This document shows positions 55,196 to 64,000 of a stretch of 64,000 bases of DNA, one piece after another. A program made the translations under genes and the position numbers. Within the stretch, counting starts at the first letter, position 1. Each line of letters opens with the position of its first letter. The notes under the pieces were generated by a model. That model was not told the origin of the DNA. It saw nothing but the letters and a program-made list of their open reading frames with translations, and ran no database searches. Source of the DNA: an uncultured Phycisphaerales bacterium (lineage in GTDB: Bacteria; Planctomycetota; Phycisphaerae; Tepidisphaerales; Tepidisphaeraceae); assembly GCA_963758525.1 (NCBI GenBank), contig CAVWVQ010000003.1:1504001-1568000 (forward strand), read 5' to 3'.

Positions 55196-57116
55196 TCATT
55201 TGCGCTGTCCCAGCACCGACGTGTACGCCTGCTCGGGGTGGCTTGGGTCGTCAGGGTACCTCATCCGCACTGCTTGCCGTTTGACCAACGGCGTAAGATA
55301 TCGCCTTGTCGTACCCGGCCCTCTCTTCAGCAATTGCGCTAGCTCCGAGGCGGTAAGAAAGCGATCTTGACAAAGAGCGATAATCAAGTCCTCCATCTGC
55401 TCGGGCGGCAACTTTGCCTTCTCCCGAGCGGGTTGAGCGATGGCAATAAGCGGCTCGGCATTAGGCACGTGTTTAGTTACGCCCTTCATCACACCACTTG
55501 CATCATCTGACGTGCAGCCTGCGTCATTGCTCGACAGGCCTACGTCATTGCTCCTGGAGCCTACATCGTTGAACAGGAAGCTCGGCTCTTCGATCCGAGG
55601 CCGCTGCGTCTCAAGAAGGATCTGCGGCAGTCGGTACTCGCACCAACGCCCCTTGCCAACTTGCTCTAAAAAGCTGTTTGCAACCAACCCCTGCAGTGTC
55701 CTGCTCAAGTCGGCGGGGTGATCTGTACAGACCTCTTGCAAGCGACCATTAGTCACTTTGCCTTCAATCTCAGCCGTGACCAGAGCTTGACTCTCAAGGG
55801 CGGTCAGTCCGTCCATGCGCTGCCCGAATAGCTTCCTCAGACGTTGGAGCGACTCATCGGGCAGAAAGCTTATCATCGGCATGATCAGTCGCACCCGATC
55901 CGGCCGAGCCGTCTCCTGAATCGACGGCGACCGCCACTTCTGCGAGGCCCACCCACGTCGAATCTTGTCGATGCCTGAACCTGCTCGTTCGCCGTAACCT
56001 GCAAGCGAAAACATGGTCTGGAGCACCTTGTTCCGACACTCGCTCACTCCGCCCTTGAGAAGTTGATCGAACCCGACCAAAAGCATGCCCGGATTCGAGA
56101 ACTCTAATCGATCCTTGTATTTGTCGATGACAATGCCCCCTTGCCCCCGGTAGTCGGCGTGAATCATCGCATTTGCCATAGCCTCACGAATCGCTTCATG
56201 AACCACAGTGTCGTCCTTGCGTGCCAGCCCCGGTTCGAGTTGGAACGGAATCTTGATATCGGATGTCAGCCGCACCACGACTCGCTGATAAAACTGCATT
56301 AGATTGCAGACCCATGTTCCATCGAAGGTCAATCGATCCGTCCACCGAACGCCTGGGTCATCAGCCATACGTTCACGGTAATCGAGCTGAAAGTCGGGGA
56401 CCGCGAGCGGATCACGGATTGCCTCATCCTTCCCGAACATGAGCAAGCCAGCGACGGTCAGACCTTCGGTAGCCGTCTGGCGATCCACTCGCCACGCTCC
56501 CAGCTTTTCGAGAAACGGCATTTATCTCCAATGCCAGCCAAGGATGGGAAGGGGATCGGGCCGAAAGGCGTTGCCGGTATTGCTGCACACTGGCAGCGTC
56601 CAAATCTTCGAGGCGGAAATGTTCAAGAATGCGGCTATCCAGCGAGTCCTCGGACTGGTCAGCCAACATCCGGCCCACTTCCTCTGGTCTGCATTTGAAA
56701 TCTCCCTCATAGTTGCGTCGGTACGTCCCGTCGAGCGGATTCTGTCCCACGTAGATAGGGCGCTGGCGTCGGTTCGCCCGGGGCACACGAATCGCAAGCA
56801 ATTTGGTTCCGCCCACTTCCATCACAACCGCATCGGCATCGGAAAGCAGGTTCTGGCTCACCTTCCCGCGATTATTGATGGTGTCCCAGAAGTTCTTCTT
56901 CATCCTGTCCGGGTCATCCAGACCGGTCGCAACGAATGAATTACCCCTTTGATCGACCCCCAGCACGATGATCCCGCCATCCGTGTTGGCCATCGCACTG
57001 TAGGTCTCCCACATGCTGCCGGGCAGGCCACCCTTGGCGGACTTGAATTCCCAGTCCTTCTCCTCGCCACACTTCAGCGCTTGCAGCAGGCTTTGTTCGT
57101 TGTGAATGACCGCCAT
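55196..57116 (-). CDS. Schlafen/AlbA_2-domain protein with HATPase_c_4-like domain and winged HTH (frameshift near 56525)
   Basis: 'EEKDWEFKSA...WETYSAMANTDGGIIVLGV'; 'AIREAMANAMIHADY...LEFSNPG...CRN...GERAGSGI'; C-terminal 'YLTPLV...YPDDPSHPEQAY'. Confidence 0.88.
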
Positions 57117-57318
57117 CAGTGACTCTCCGGCCTGGCACTCGCTCGCCCCAGCCGCGCGGCCGCAATGGACCGCGTCCCATTGCCTCTTGACTGGTGCTGA
57201 TCCGCGGCGTGCCGTGCGGACGGCTAAGCCTATCACAAAATGCCTCCACGCTGACCCCCAAGTTTTTGGCCGGATTCCGCGCGTGATCCGGGTCGGCAGG
57301 CTGGCCTAAATGACTCCG

Positions 57319-57402
57319 ATGCAATACACCCCATCATTGAGCCGGCCCGACGACGGAACCTACAGCGTGTACGTGCCCGAGCCGCCCGGCAAACCGAATT
57401 GA
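57319..57402 (+). pseudogene. HicB-family antitoxin remnant, preceded by a possible HicA C-terminal scrap
   Basis: Reads MQYT..(IIEPA in a shifted frame)..DDGTYSVYVPEPPG and then stops. Immediately upstream, 'cgg cag gct ggc cta' encodes RQAGL, typical of HicA C-termini. Confidence 0.6.
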
Positions 57403-57463
57403 ACCTAATAAAAGAGGCAACGAAACGTTGATCAAGCCGAATTATTGATGCGCAGCAATCCAT

Positions 57464-58921
57464 TCACGAAGGAACCCACACGCTGACGCTGCCGGCTTTG
57501 CAGCGGAACTCCGCTTCGCCGTTCTCATCGATCGTGATCGGCTCCGGCCAGTTGCCGGTCAGGTCGCGAAACGTCGCTCCAGGGGCGCCGACTTTCATGT
57601 GTTTATTGCCGGCTTCGGAGGTGCTCGTCACGACGGCAAGACCGCCGGCATGCTCGGCGTCGCCGCTCCAGGTCCAGCCGATGCATTGCGGGTGATCCAG
57701 ATAGTCGCGCAACTCGCCATGCGCCCGCTTCGCCCGGGCGTCGAGGAGCTGGTCGATGATCTTGCGATGGCTTGTCAATTTGTTCTTCCCCTGATTGTCG
57801 CCGGAATTTCCGAAATAGTCGCCGTAAAAGATGCAGGGGTATCCGTGCTCGCGGAGGAGCACCAGCGCATAGGCGAGGGGCTTGAACCAATCGTCCACCC
57901 ACGATTGCAGTGATTGCCCCGGCTGACTGTCGTGGTTGTCGACAAATGTGACGGCCATCAGCGGATTTTCCTTGACCAGCGTGCCATCGAAGATCTTTGA
58001 CATATCGAAGTCGGCACCCTTCTTCGACGCCTCATGCAGCTTAAAGTGCAACGGCACGTCGAAGAGGCGCATGGTTCCGCCGGTGACATCTATGTATTTT
58101 TGCAGTTCCGCCAGGCTGCCCGACCAATACTCGCCCACGGCAAAAAGCTCACGGCCCTTGCGATGAGCGCGCATCTCTTCGAGCCAGCTCTTGAAAAAGC
58201 TGGCGGGCATGTGTTTCACCGCGTCCAGACGAAAGCCGTTGACGTTGGTGGTGTCGAGATACCATCGGCCCCAGTCTGCCATCTCCTTGCGCACGTCGGG
58301 GTGATAGAGATCGACGTCTGCTCCCATCAGGTAATCGAAATTTCCATGTTCGAAGCAGACCTCGCCAGAGAAGCTTTTCCCTTTCACGCGGTAGATCTTT
58401 CCGCAGTCATCCTTCACGTTTGCATCGCAGCCGAACGCGGTGAAATGCGGCCAGTGCCATTGAAACGCGGAATATTTGTTGCCCCGGCCGACAAACTTGT
58501 AGTAAGACCAGGCTCGAATCTTGTAAGCCTCGCCGATGACGACATTGCGGTCGTCGCAGTTGACCTGCTCGACTTCGACCTCTTCGGTTTCGTCTCCGCC
58601 AAGCCGGTGATCGAGCACGATATCGGCGTAGGCATCCATGCCGGCGTCCTGCACCGCGCGGACCGCGGCCAGGTATTCGTCCCGCGTCCCATACTTGGTC
58701 CGCACGCTTTTCATCTGGTCGAATTCGCCCAGGTCGTAAAGGTCGTACACGGCATAGCCGGTGTCATTGATCCCGTCGAGCGCCTTATATGCCGGCGGCA
58801 TCCACACCGCCGTCGCGCCCAGCCGCTTGATCTCCCCGGCCTGCTCCGCAAGCTGCCGCCAAAGGCTGCCGTCGTTCCGGCAGTTCCACTCGAAGTACTG
58901 AAACATGACGCCCTTGCCCAT
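57464..58921 (-). CDS. amyA: Cytoplasmic alpha-amylase (GH13, AmyA/AmyS type)
   Basis: 'VMFQYFEW', 'YDLYDLGEFDQ...RTKYGT', 'GFRLDAVKH', 'VGEYW', 'FVDNHDSQPGQ', 'GYPCIFYGDY'; no signal peptide. Confidence 0.93.
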   Translation of the reverse strand: MGKGVMFQYFEWNCRNDGSLWRQLAEQAGEIKRLGATAVWMPPAYKALDGINDTGYAVYDLYDLGEFDQMKSVRTKYGTRDEYLAAVRAVQDAGMDAYADIVLDHRLGGDETEEVEVEQVNCDDRNVVIGEAYKIRAWSYYKFVGRGNKYSAFQWHWPHFTAFGCDANVKDDCGKIYRVKGKSFSGEVCFEHGNFDYLMGADVDLYHPDVRKEMADWGRWYLDTTNVNGFRLDAVKHMPASFFKSWLEEMRAHRKGRELFAVGEYWSGSLAELQKYIDVTGGTMRLFDVPLHFKLHEASKKGADFDMSKIFDGTLVKENPLMAVTFVDNHDSQPGQSLQSWVDDWFKPLAYALVLLREHGYPCIFYGDYFGNSGDNQGKNKLTSHRKIIDQLLDARAKRAHGELRDYLDHPQCIGWTWSGDAEHAGGLAVVTSTSEAGNKHMKVGAPGATFRDLTGNWPEPITIDENGEAEFRCKAGSVSVWVPS

Positions 58922-59019
58922 TGTGTTTGTCCTCGCAAGAGATGACTCGTCCACTCTCAGGCAAACGCCGCGCCGGAAGACCCCATCGAGTGCGGTGTCA
59001 GCCGATTTGAAAGTTTCAT

Positions 59020-59203
59020 CGTGAGACGGGCGTCCCGCCCGTGCGAGCTGCTCATCTGCGGCGTGAACGGCTTGAACTCCCGGCGTCCGTCGCCGAAGTC
59101 TGCGCGATGTAGTGAAAAAAAGTGTTCGAAAACCGCCGTCGCATTTCAAAAACGCGGTTTACTGCGTAACTTGGGCTAACACGGGCGGGACGCCCGTGCA
59201 ACG
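59020..59203. repeat. REPIN-like inverted pair
   Basis: cgtgagacgggcgtcccgcccgtg (59020-59043) and cacgggcgggacgcccgtgcaacg (59180-59203); 18 contiguous nt are exactly complementary. Confidence 0.8.
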
Positions 59204-59386
59204 CCTGACACACGGAGAGTCCGCTCCGTCCGTGGCAGGGCGTTTCTTCCCATTGCCGCTGTTCAGACTCACCACGAAATCGGCAGCGGGGTGCTCCTGG
59301 TCGCGATTTACATCGGCGCAAGAAAACGGCCCCGGGCGATCACCCGGGGCCATGCGAACAACATTGGTCCGATCGTCTCGGCGGCT

Positions 59387-60448
59387 TTATTTCTTCGCCT
59401 GGGCCCCCCACTGCTTCGCATCGGCGTCGGGCGTAACTTCCTTGATATTCGGCGTCACGTCCACGTCAACTTCGCCGGTGATCCAGCGCATCGCGCCCAG
59501 TGCCAGCCCCTGAAACTCCGGTTTCTCCCAGACATCTTCACGATGGCCCATTGACGTGTAAAAGACTCTTCCCTTTCCCTCCATCCGCGCCCACGTTTCC
59601 GGATAAGGCTGCCGTTCGTACATCGGGCCCCGCATGCCTTCGGTTTGCTGAGTGATGATGACGTGCAGATCGGGCGCGAAGTTTTTCAGCGAGTACCACT
59701 CTTCCTGGAACTTCGCGTCGTTCAACGGCGCCGCGCCGGGAAACTTGGGATCGACCACCTTCAGCACCGATGGCTGCTGCGCACCGTGGATGATGAATTC
59801 GCCGCCGAGCATTCGAATGTACGGGTCGAAGTCGTCCTTCCCTTCATTGCCGACATCGCGGAGCAGCTCGCCGGTTTTATGGGGGTAGGCTTTGCCGTGA
59901 AACGTGTCGCTGGCGCTGTGAAACGCCATGAATCCCTTGCCGTTTTTGATCGCGTCGAGGAATGCAGCCTTGCCGGCGTCGCCCATGCCGGGCTCTTTGC
60001 TGATCAATTCCCCCTTCTCCATGATCGTCTTGCCCTTGTCGTCTTTTGCCGGCTTCCCGTCCGCGTCCAGCTTGGGAACCATCTTGTATTTGTCCGAATC
60101 CTTGGTGAGATCGCCGGTGGTATAGAATGCAATCCCGTCGAACTTCGCCAGATACTCGGGGGTGAACAGCGAGCCGTCCTTGCTGCAGGTCACCTCAAAA
60201 CCGTTCTTCGCCCCGAATTCGGTCAGCAGCTTCTCGGCAAACGACAACTCGTCGGCTGACTTGCGCGTGATCACGCTGTGCTGAAAACCCGACGATTTGG
60301 TGAAGAACAGGATCTTCTTCGAACCCGCTGCCGCGGCATCCTCGCCCCGGGCCACACGGGCAAGGAAAGGCGACACTGCCAGAGCAGCGGCCCCGGCGCT
60401 GATCGACTTAAGCACATCACGACGATTGACTTCATGGCGGTTGGACAT
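59387..60448 (-). CDS. ThuA-like domain protein with Tat signal
   Basis: 'NRRDVLK' signal; 'ILFFTKSSGFQHS', 'FYTTGD', 'GKGFMAFHSASD', 'EEWY', 'GKGRVFYTSMGH'. Confidence 0.9.
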   Translation of the reverse strand: MSNRHEVNRRDVLKSISAGAAALAVSPFLARVARGEDAAAAGSKKILFFTKSSGFQHSVITRKSADELSFAEKLLTEFGAKNGFEVTCSKDGSLFTPEYLAKFDGIAFYTTGDLTKDSDKYKMVPKLDADGKPAKDDKGKTIMEKGELISKEPGMGDAGKAAFLDAIKNGKGFMAFHSASDTFHGKAYPHKTGELLRDVGNEGKDDFDPYIRMLGGEFIIHGAQQPSVLKVVDPKFPGAAPLNDAKFQEEWYSLKNFAPDLHVIITQQTEGMRGPMYERQPYPETWARMEGKGRVFYTSMGHREDVWEKPEFQGLALGAMRWITGEVDVDVTPNIKEVTPDADAKQWGAQAKK

Positions 60449-60551
60449 GGATTCCCTTGCAGTTAAAGGTTGAGCGATAACTCTCCTATCGCCGGGGTGA
60501 TAAGACGTTGATGGGCAGTATAACGCCATGCGTGGGGGCAGTGCATTTGTA

Positions 60552-62000
60552 TCAGGCGCGCCGGGTGTGCCAGTCGGTGGCGGCTTCGTACATTCTCGCG
60601 ATGCGGAGCAACTTTTCTTCGCTGAAAGCGGGGCCGAGAAGCTGCAGTCCGATCGGGAGCGGCTTGTCGGCGCTTGTAAAACCGCAGGGAATGCTGAGCC
60701 CCGCGATGCCGGCAATGTTGCAGGTGACGGTGAAGACATCGCAGAGATACATCTGCAGCGGATCGCCGGTTTTTTCGCCCGCCTTGAAGGCGGGCGTCGG
60801 ACTCGTGGGGCAGAGGATCGCGTCGCATTTTGCGAACGCTTCGTCGAAATCCTTGCGAATCAGGGAACGAATCTTCAAGGCGCGGACGTAGAAGGCGTCG
60901 TAATACCCGTGACTGAGGGCGTAGGTGCCGATCATGATGCGCCGCTGCACTTCGGGCCCGAAGGCTTCGGCCCGGGACCGGCTCACCAGATCGATGATGT
61001 CGGTGACAGGCTCGCGGGTGCGATGGCCGAAATGAATGCCGTCGTAGCGGGCGAGATTACTGGATGCTTCGCAGGGGGCAATGATGTAGTAGGCGGCGAT
61101 GCCGTACTCGGTGTGCGGCAACGAGACATCGACAAGCTCGGCGCCAAGATCCTGATATTTTTTCTTCGCCGCCGCGATTGCCGCCTGCACCTGCGGATCG
61201 ACGCCGGCGGCGTGCTCGTATTCGCGCGCGATGCCAATGCGAAGGTTTTCGACCGGCCTTTCCAGATCGGCCAGATAATCGGGGACGGGAAGCGGAACGC
61301 TGGTGCTGTCTTTGGGATCGTGGCCGGCGATGACGTTCAACAGCAGCGCCGCATCGGCGACCGTGCGTCCAAACGGCCCGATCTGATCCAGAGAGCTTGC
61401 GAACGCGACCAGCCCGTAGCGGCTCACGCGCCCGTAGGTTGGCTTGAGACCGACAAGGCCGCACAGGGCCGCCGGCTGGCGGATGGAGCCGCCCGTGTCG
61501 GAGCCGATCGAGGCGCAGCACATCCCGGCGGCGAGCGCCGCGGCTGAGCCTCCCGAGCTTCCGCCGGGAACGCGCGACGCGTCCCAGGGATTGCGCGTGG
61601 TGCGAAACGCGCTGTTCTCGGTGGAGCTGCCCATGGCGAATTCATCGAGATTGGTCTTTCCGATGAAAACCGCCCCGGCGGCATCGAGCAGCTTCACCAC
61701 CGTCGCATCGTATGGAGAGCGGAAATGTTCGAGCATGCGCGAGGAACAGGTCGTCAGACCAAACGACGTGCAAAGATTGTCCTTCAAGGCGATCGGCACG
61801 CCCGCCAGCGGCCCAGTCCGCCGGCCCTCGTCGACGGATCGTGCCTGATCGAGGGCGCGATCACCCAGAACGCTGTTGAACGCCTGAATCTCAGGATCAC
61901 GGCGTGCGATTTCGTCCAGAAATTTGCGCGTCAGCTCGACGCAAGAGATGTTCTTGTCTCGAATCGCGTCCCGGGCGGAGATGAGGGAATCAAAGGGCAT
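60552..62000 (-). CDS. gatA: Asp/Glu-tRNA amidotransferase subunit A
   Basis: Amidase signature 'GKTNLDEFAMGSSTE', 'PGGSSGGS', 'GSDTGGSIRQP'; also 'EASSNLARYDG', 'EVQRRIMIGT'. Confidence 0.97.
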   Translation of the reverse strand: MPFDSLISARDAIRDKNISCVELTRKFLDEIARRDPEIQAFNSVLGDRALDQARSVDEGRRTGPLAGVPIALKDNLCTSFGLTTCSSRMLEHFRSPYDATVVKLLDAAGAVFIGKTNLDEFAMGSSTENSAFRTTRNPWDASRVPGGSSGGSAAALAAGMCCASIGSDTGGSIRQPAALCGLVGLKPTYGRVSRYGLVAFASSLDQIGPFGRTVADAALLLNVIAGHDPKDSTSVPLPVPDYLADLERPVENLRIGIAREYEHAAGVDPQVQAAIAAAKKKYQDLGAELVDVSLPHTEYGIAAYYIIAPCEASSNLARYDGIHFGHRTREPVTDIIDLVSRSRAEAFGPEVQRRIMIGTYALSHGYYDAFYVRALKIRSLIRKDFDEAFAKCDAILCPTSPTPAFKAGEKTGDPLQMYLCDVFTVTCNIAGIAGLSIPCGFTSADKPLPIGLQLLGPAFSEEKLLRIARMYEAATDWHTRRA

Positions 62001-62089
62001 GGGTCAAAGGAAGGGACCGAGGCACCGAGGCACGAAGGGCAGAAACGGACGACTTGGCGGAGCCGTGATGGCGCGGGGGGAGTTGGGGA

Positions 62090-62185
62090 TTGCAAATTGA
62101 GGATTGCAAATTGCAAATTGGGGGAAAGACGCTCCCCGTGCTCTCTTCAATTTGCAATTTGCAATTTGCAATCCTCAATTTGCAA
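62090..62185. repeat. 31-bp perfect inverted repeat built from TTGCAAA heptamers
   Basis: ttgcaaattgaggattgcaaattgcaaattg (62090-62120) and its reverse complement (62155-62185), with one extra heptamer on the right arm. Confidence 0.9.
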
Positions 62186-62211
62186 CTCCTTGCTTCCGGC
62201 TTCTCGCTCCC

Positions 62212-62529
62212 TCACCCGGCGGAGTTTTCCTCTGCGCCGAGGATCCTGGGAACCTTGAAAAATGGCCCATCGGTATCAGGCGCGTTTTGCAGCACCTGTT
62301 GCACCGAAAGGCTCGGAGTGACGACGTCATCCCGAAATACATTATGGAGGGGAAGCGCGTGGGCCATCGGTTCCACGCCGGTGACATCGGCGCGGCTGAT
62401 CTGATCGACGTAGCCGAGAATCGCTTCGAGCTGATCGGTCAGTCGCTGAAGTGTTTGATCGTCAAGAGCGAGGCGCGCCAGACGAGCGACCTTGCGAACG
62501 TCGTCGAGCGTGAGCTTGCCGGTGGACAT
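62212..62529 (-). CDS. gatC: Asp/Glu-tRNA amidotransferase subunit C
   Basis: 'VRKVARLARL...ILGYVDQI...VEPMAH...NVFRDD...NAP...FFKVPRIL'. Confidence 0.96.
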   Translation of the reverse strand: MSTGKLTLDDVRKVARLARLALDDQTLQRLTDQLEAILGYVDQISRADVTGVEPMAHALPLHNVFRDDVVTPSLSVQQVLQNAPDTDGPFFKVPRILGAEENSAG

Positions 62530-62567
62530 ACCCCGGGGAAAAATCGATCGCTGTTTGTGACTGCGGG

Positions 62568-62834
62568 CTAGGCTGCCGCCCCGGTGGCCTTCACGTAGTT
62601 GCGACGGACTGGCTTGACGACCATGCCGTTGCGAATCGCCTTGACGCTCACTTTGATGCGGACGACGCTGCCGTTGACCACGGCGCGCACCTTCTGGATG
62701 TTCGGCTTGAACTTCCGGCTGCTGATGCCGGTGGTCTTTGTGCCGACGCCGCCCAGATACTTCGCCTTGCCGCGATGGGTGATCTGATGGCCGAATGTGG
62801 TCTTCTTACCGGTGAAATAGCATACGCGTGGCAT
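62568..62834 (-). CDS. rpmB: 50S ribosomal protein L28
   Basis: 'MPRVCYFTGKK...RGKAKYLGGVG...RKFKPNIQ'. Confidence 0.95.
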   Translation of the reverse strand: MPRVCYFTGKKTTFGHQITHRGKAKYLGGVGTKTTGISSRKFKPNIQKVRAVVNGSVVRIKVSVKAIRNGMVVKPVRRNYVKATGAAA

Positions 62835-62939
62835 CGAGTTACCTTCTGAAAATCGAGCCGGGCAGTTTAGGAGCAGGTGCTGGGGATTACAAGAGGCTTG
62901 GGGAAGAAATTGGTGGCGGTCGCGCGGAGCCTGGGGACA

Positions 62940-63328
62940 AAACCAGAATGACGAAACCAGAAATCAGAATCAAATCCGAATGACGAATGACCGAATGTCG
63001 AAACCGGACGAGGTCTCGCTAAGTCAACGCGCACCGCTCAAGACTGTCTCATTCGTCTAAATGGCTGTGCGCAAGTCCCAGCCGATCGCGAGCCAAGAGA
63101 ATGCAGAACACGAATCGACACGAATTTGCCACAAATCTGCACGAAGCAGCTTTATTCGCCTTTATTCGTGAAAATTCGTGCGCGATTCGTGCAGATTCGT
63201 GTTCCTCTTCAGAGATCTGCGCGGGACCGTGAAGATTAACAGCGCATGTTCGCGCAACTCTTCATTTAGACATTCGTCATTCTGGTTTGATTGTTTGATT
63301 CGCCATTCGGGTTTCGGAATTCGGATTT
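62940..63328. repeat. Nested inverted arrays of short degenerate repeats
   Basis: Outer arms are built on GAATGAC/CGAA units (aaaccagaatgacgaa 62940-62955 vs ttcgtcattctggttt 63273-63288). Inner arms are built on CACGAAT 10-nt units (63106-63145 vs 63164-63204). Confidence 0.8.
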
Positions 63329-63347
63329 CCGCCCGCAAAGCGGGCGG
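63329..63347 (-). terminator. GC hairpin just after the secretin stop codon
   Basis: ccgcccgc-aaa-gcgggcgg; there is no U tract on the minus strand, so its terminator role is uncertain. Confidence 0.4.
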
Positions 63348-63349
63348 CT

Positions 63350-64000
63350 TTAGCTTCCCAGCTTGCTGGTGAGCATCGGGAACTGCTGGTTCTCGATCTC
63401 GCGCTCAATGAGGATCGTGGGCTTCACCAGGATCAGCAACACCAACTCGTCCTTGGCGGTCGACCGGTTGGTGAAGAGTCGGCGGAGGAACGGAATCTTG
63501 GAGAGAATAGGAGTTCCGGCCTCCTTGGAGACTTCACCCGCGACGGTTTCGCCGCCGAGGAGCAGGGTTCCGCCGTCGGGCACGCTGACGGTGGTGCGCA
63601 CCTCGGTGAGCTGAATTTCCGGCTCCTGAATGGTGCCGGCGCCGTTGGTGATGACGGTGTTGCCAAGTCCGGTACCCACGCCGCTGCTGGTGCCGCCGGC
63701 CTGGAAGGAGAAGCTTTGGAGCGCCAGCAGATTGGACTGCTGCGGGCGGAGCGTCAGCGTGACGTATTTGCGATCGGCAGAGACTGTTGCTTGCACGTCG
63801 AGGAGCACGCCGGTTTCTACGATGCTGATGGTTGGCTGAAACGCGCTGGTGCCGGTGCCGACGGCGGGCGTCAGGTTACTGACGTATGCCTGCTGCGTCG
63901 CTACGAGCACATAGGCGCGCTGTCCGTTAAAGAGCGTGACGCGCGGAGAAGTCACCTCGGTATTGAGGGCGCTGGCTTCGGTGGCACGCAGAAGCAGCGT
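63350..64000 (-). CDS. Secretin (GspD/PilQ-like), C-terminal part
   Basis: 'SPRVTLFNGQRA...GVLLDVQATVSADRKYV...TTVSVPDGGTLLLGG...PILSKIP..RRLF...LLILVKPTI'; runs off the window end. Confidence 0.9.
   Translation of the reverse strand, partial: TLLLRATEASALNTEVTSPRVTLFNGQRAYVLVATQQAYVSNLTPAVGTGTSAFQPTISIVETGVLLDVQATVSADRKYVTLTLRPQQSNLLALQSFSFQAGGTSSGVGTGLGNTVITNGAGTIQEPEIQLTEVRTTVSVPDGGTLLLGGETVAGEVSKEAGTPILSKIPFLRRLFTNRSTAKDELVLLILVKPTILIEREIENQQFPMLTSKLGS

Noticed and set aside
60552..62529. Absence of gatB after gatC-gatA as a novelty
   Set aside because: gatB is often encoded elsewhere; this cannot be judged from one window.
62940..63328. Short repeats as a CRISPR array
   Set aside because: The units are 7-10 nt, degenerate and inverted, with no repeat-spacer periodicity.

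Overview
GC-rich bacterial chromosomal window, most likely from a planctomycete of class Phycisphaerae (Tepidisphaerales-like). This is an inference from the DUF4058 and DUF2294 genes, 'STQPATRP'-type linkers and the rpmB-gatC-gatA order. From left to right: (1) a 5'-truncated giant surface protein with six 108-aa Ig-like repeats and a C-terminal DUF3494 ice-binding domain; (2) a ~23 kb signalling island (3.4-26.5 kb) that opens with an ABM monooxygenase / globin-B12 photoreceptor-like / GGDEF operon and continues with five histidine kinases, response regulators and a TonB-dependent receptor-YfiR-hybrid kinase-REC/GGDEF/EAL operon; (3) an ABC exporter cluster with TPR-like partners; (4) nickel-pincer-nucleotide (NPN) cofactor genes larB, larE and larC with no larA, enclosing two Tat-exported aldo/keto-reductase-fold genes, which is the best candidate for a new system; (5) a glycogen/trehalose cluster (treY, treZ, glgX, glgE, treS-mak, glgB, amyA), in which treY carries in-frame palindromic repeat insertions and a Schlafen/AlbA gene plus a HicB remnant interrupt the cluster; (6) a ThuA-like gene, gatA, gatC, rpmB and a secretin C-terminus. 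About ten genes are broken by apparent 1-2 nt deletions, mostly in homopolymer or dinucleotide runs; these are probably long-read consensus errors. Several families of REP/MITE-like palindromes are present. I recognised no rRNA, tRNA or CRISPR array. All family calls are from motif recognition by eye, not database searches.
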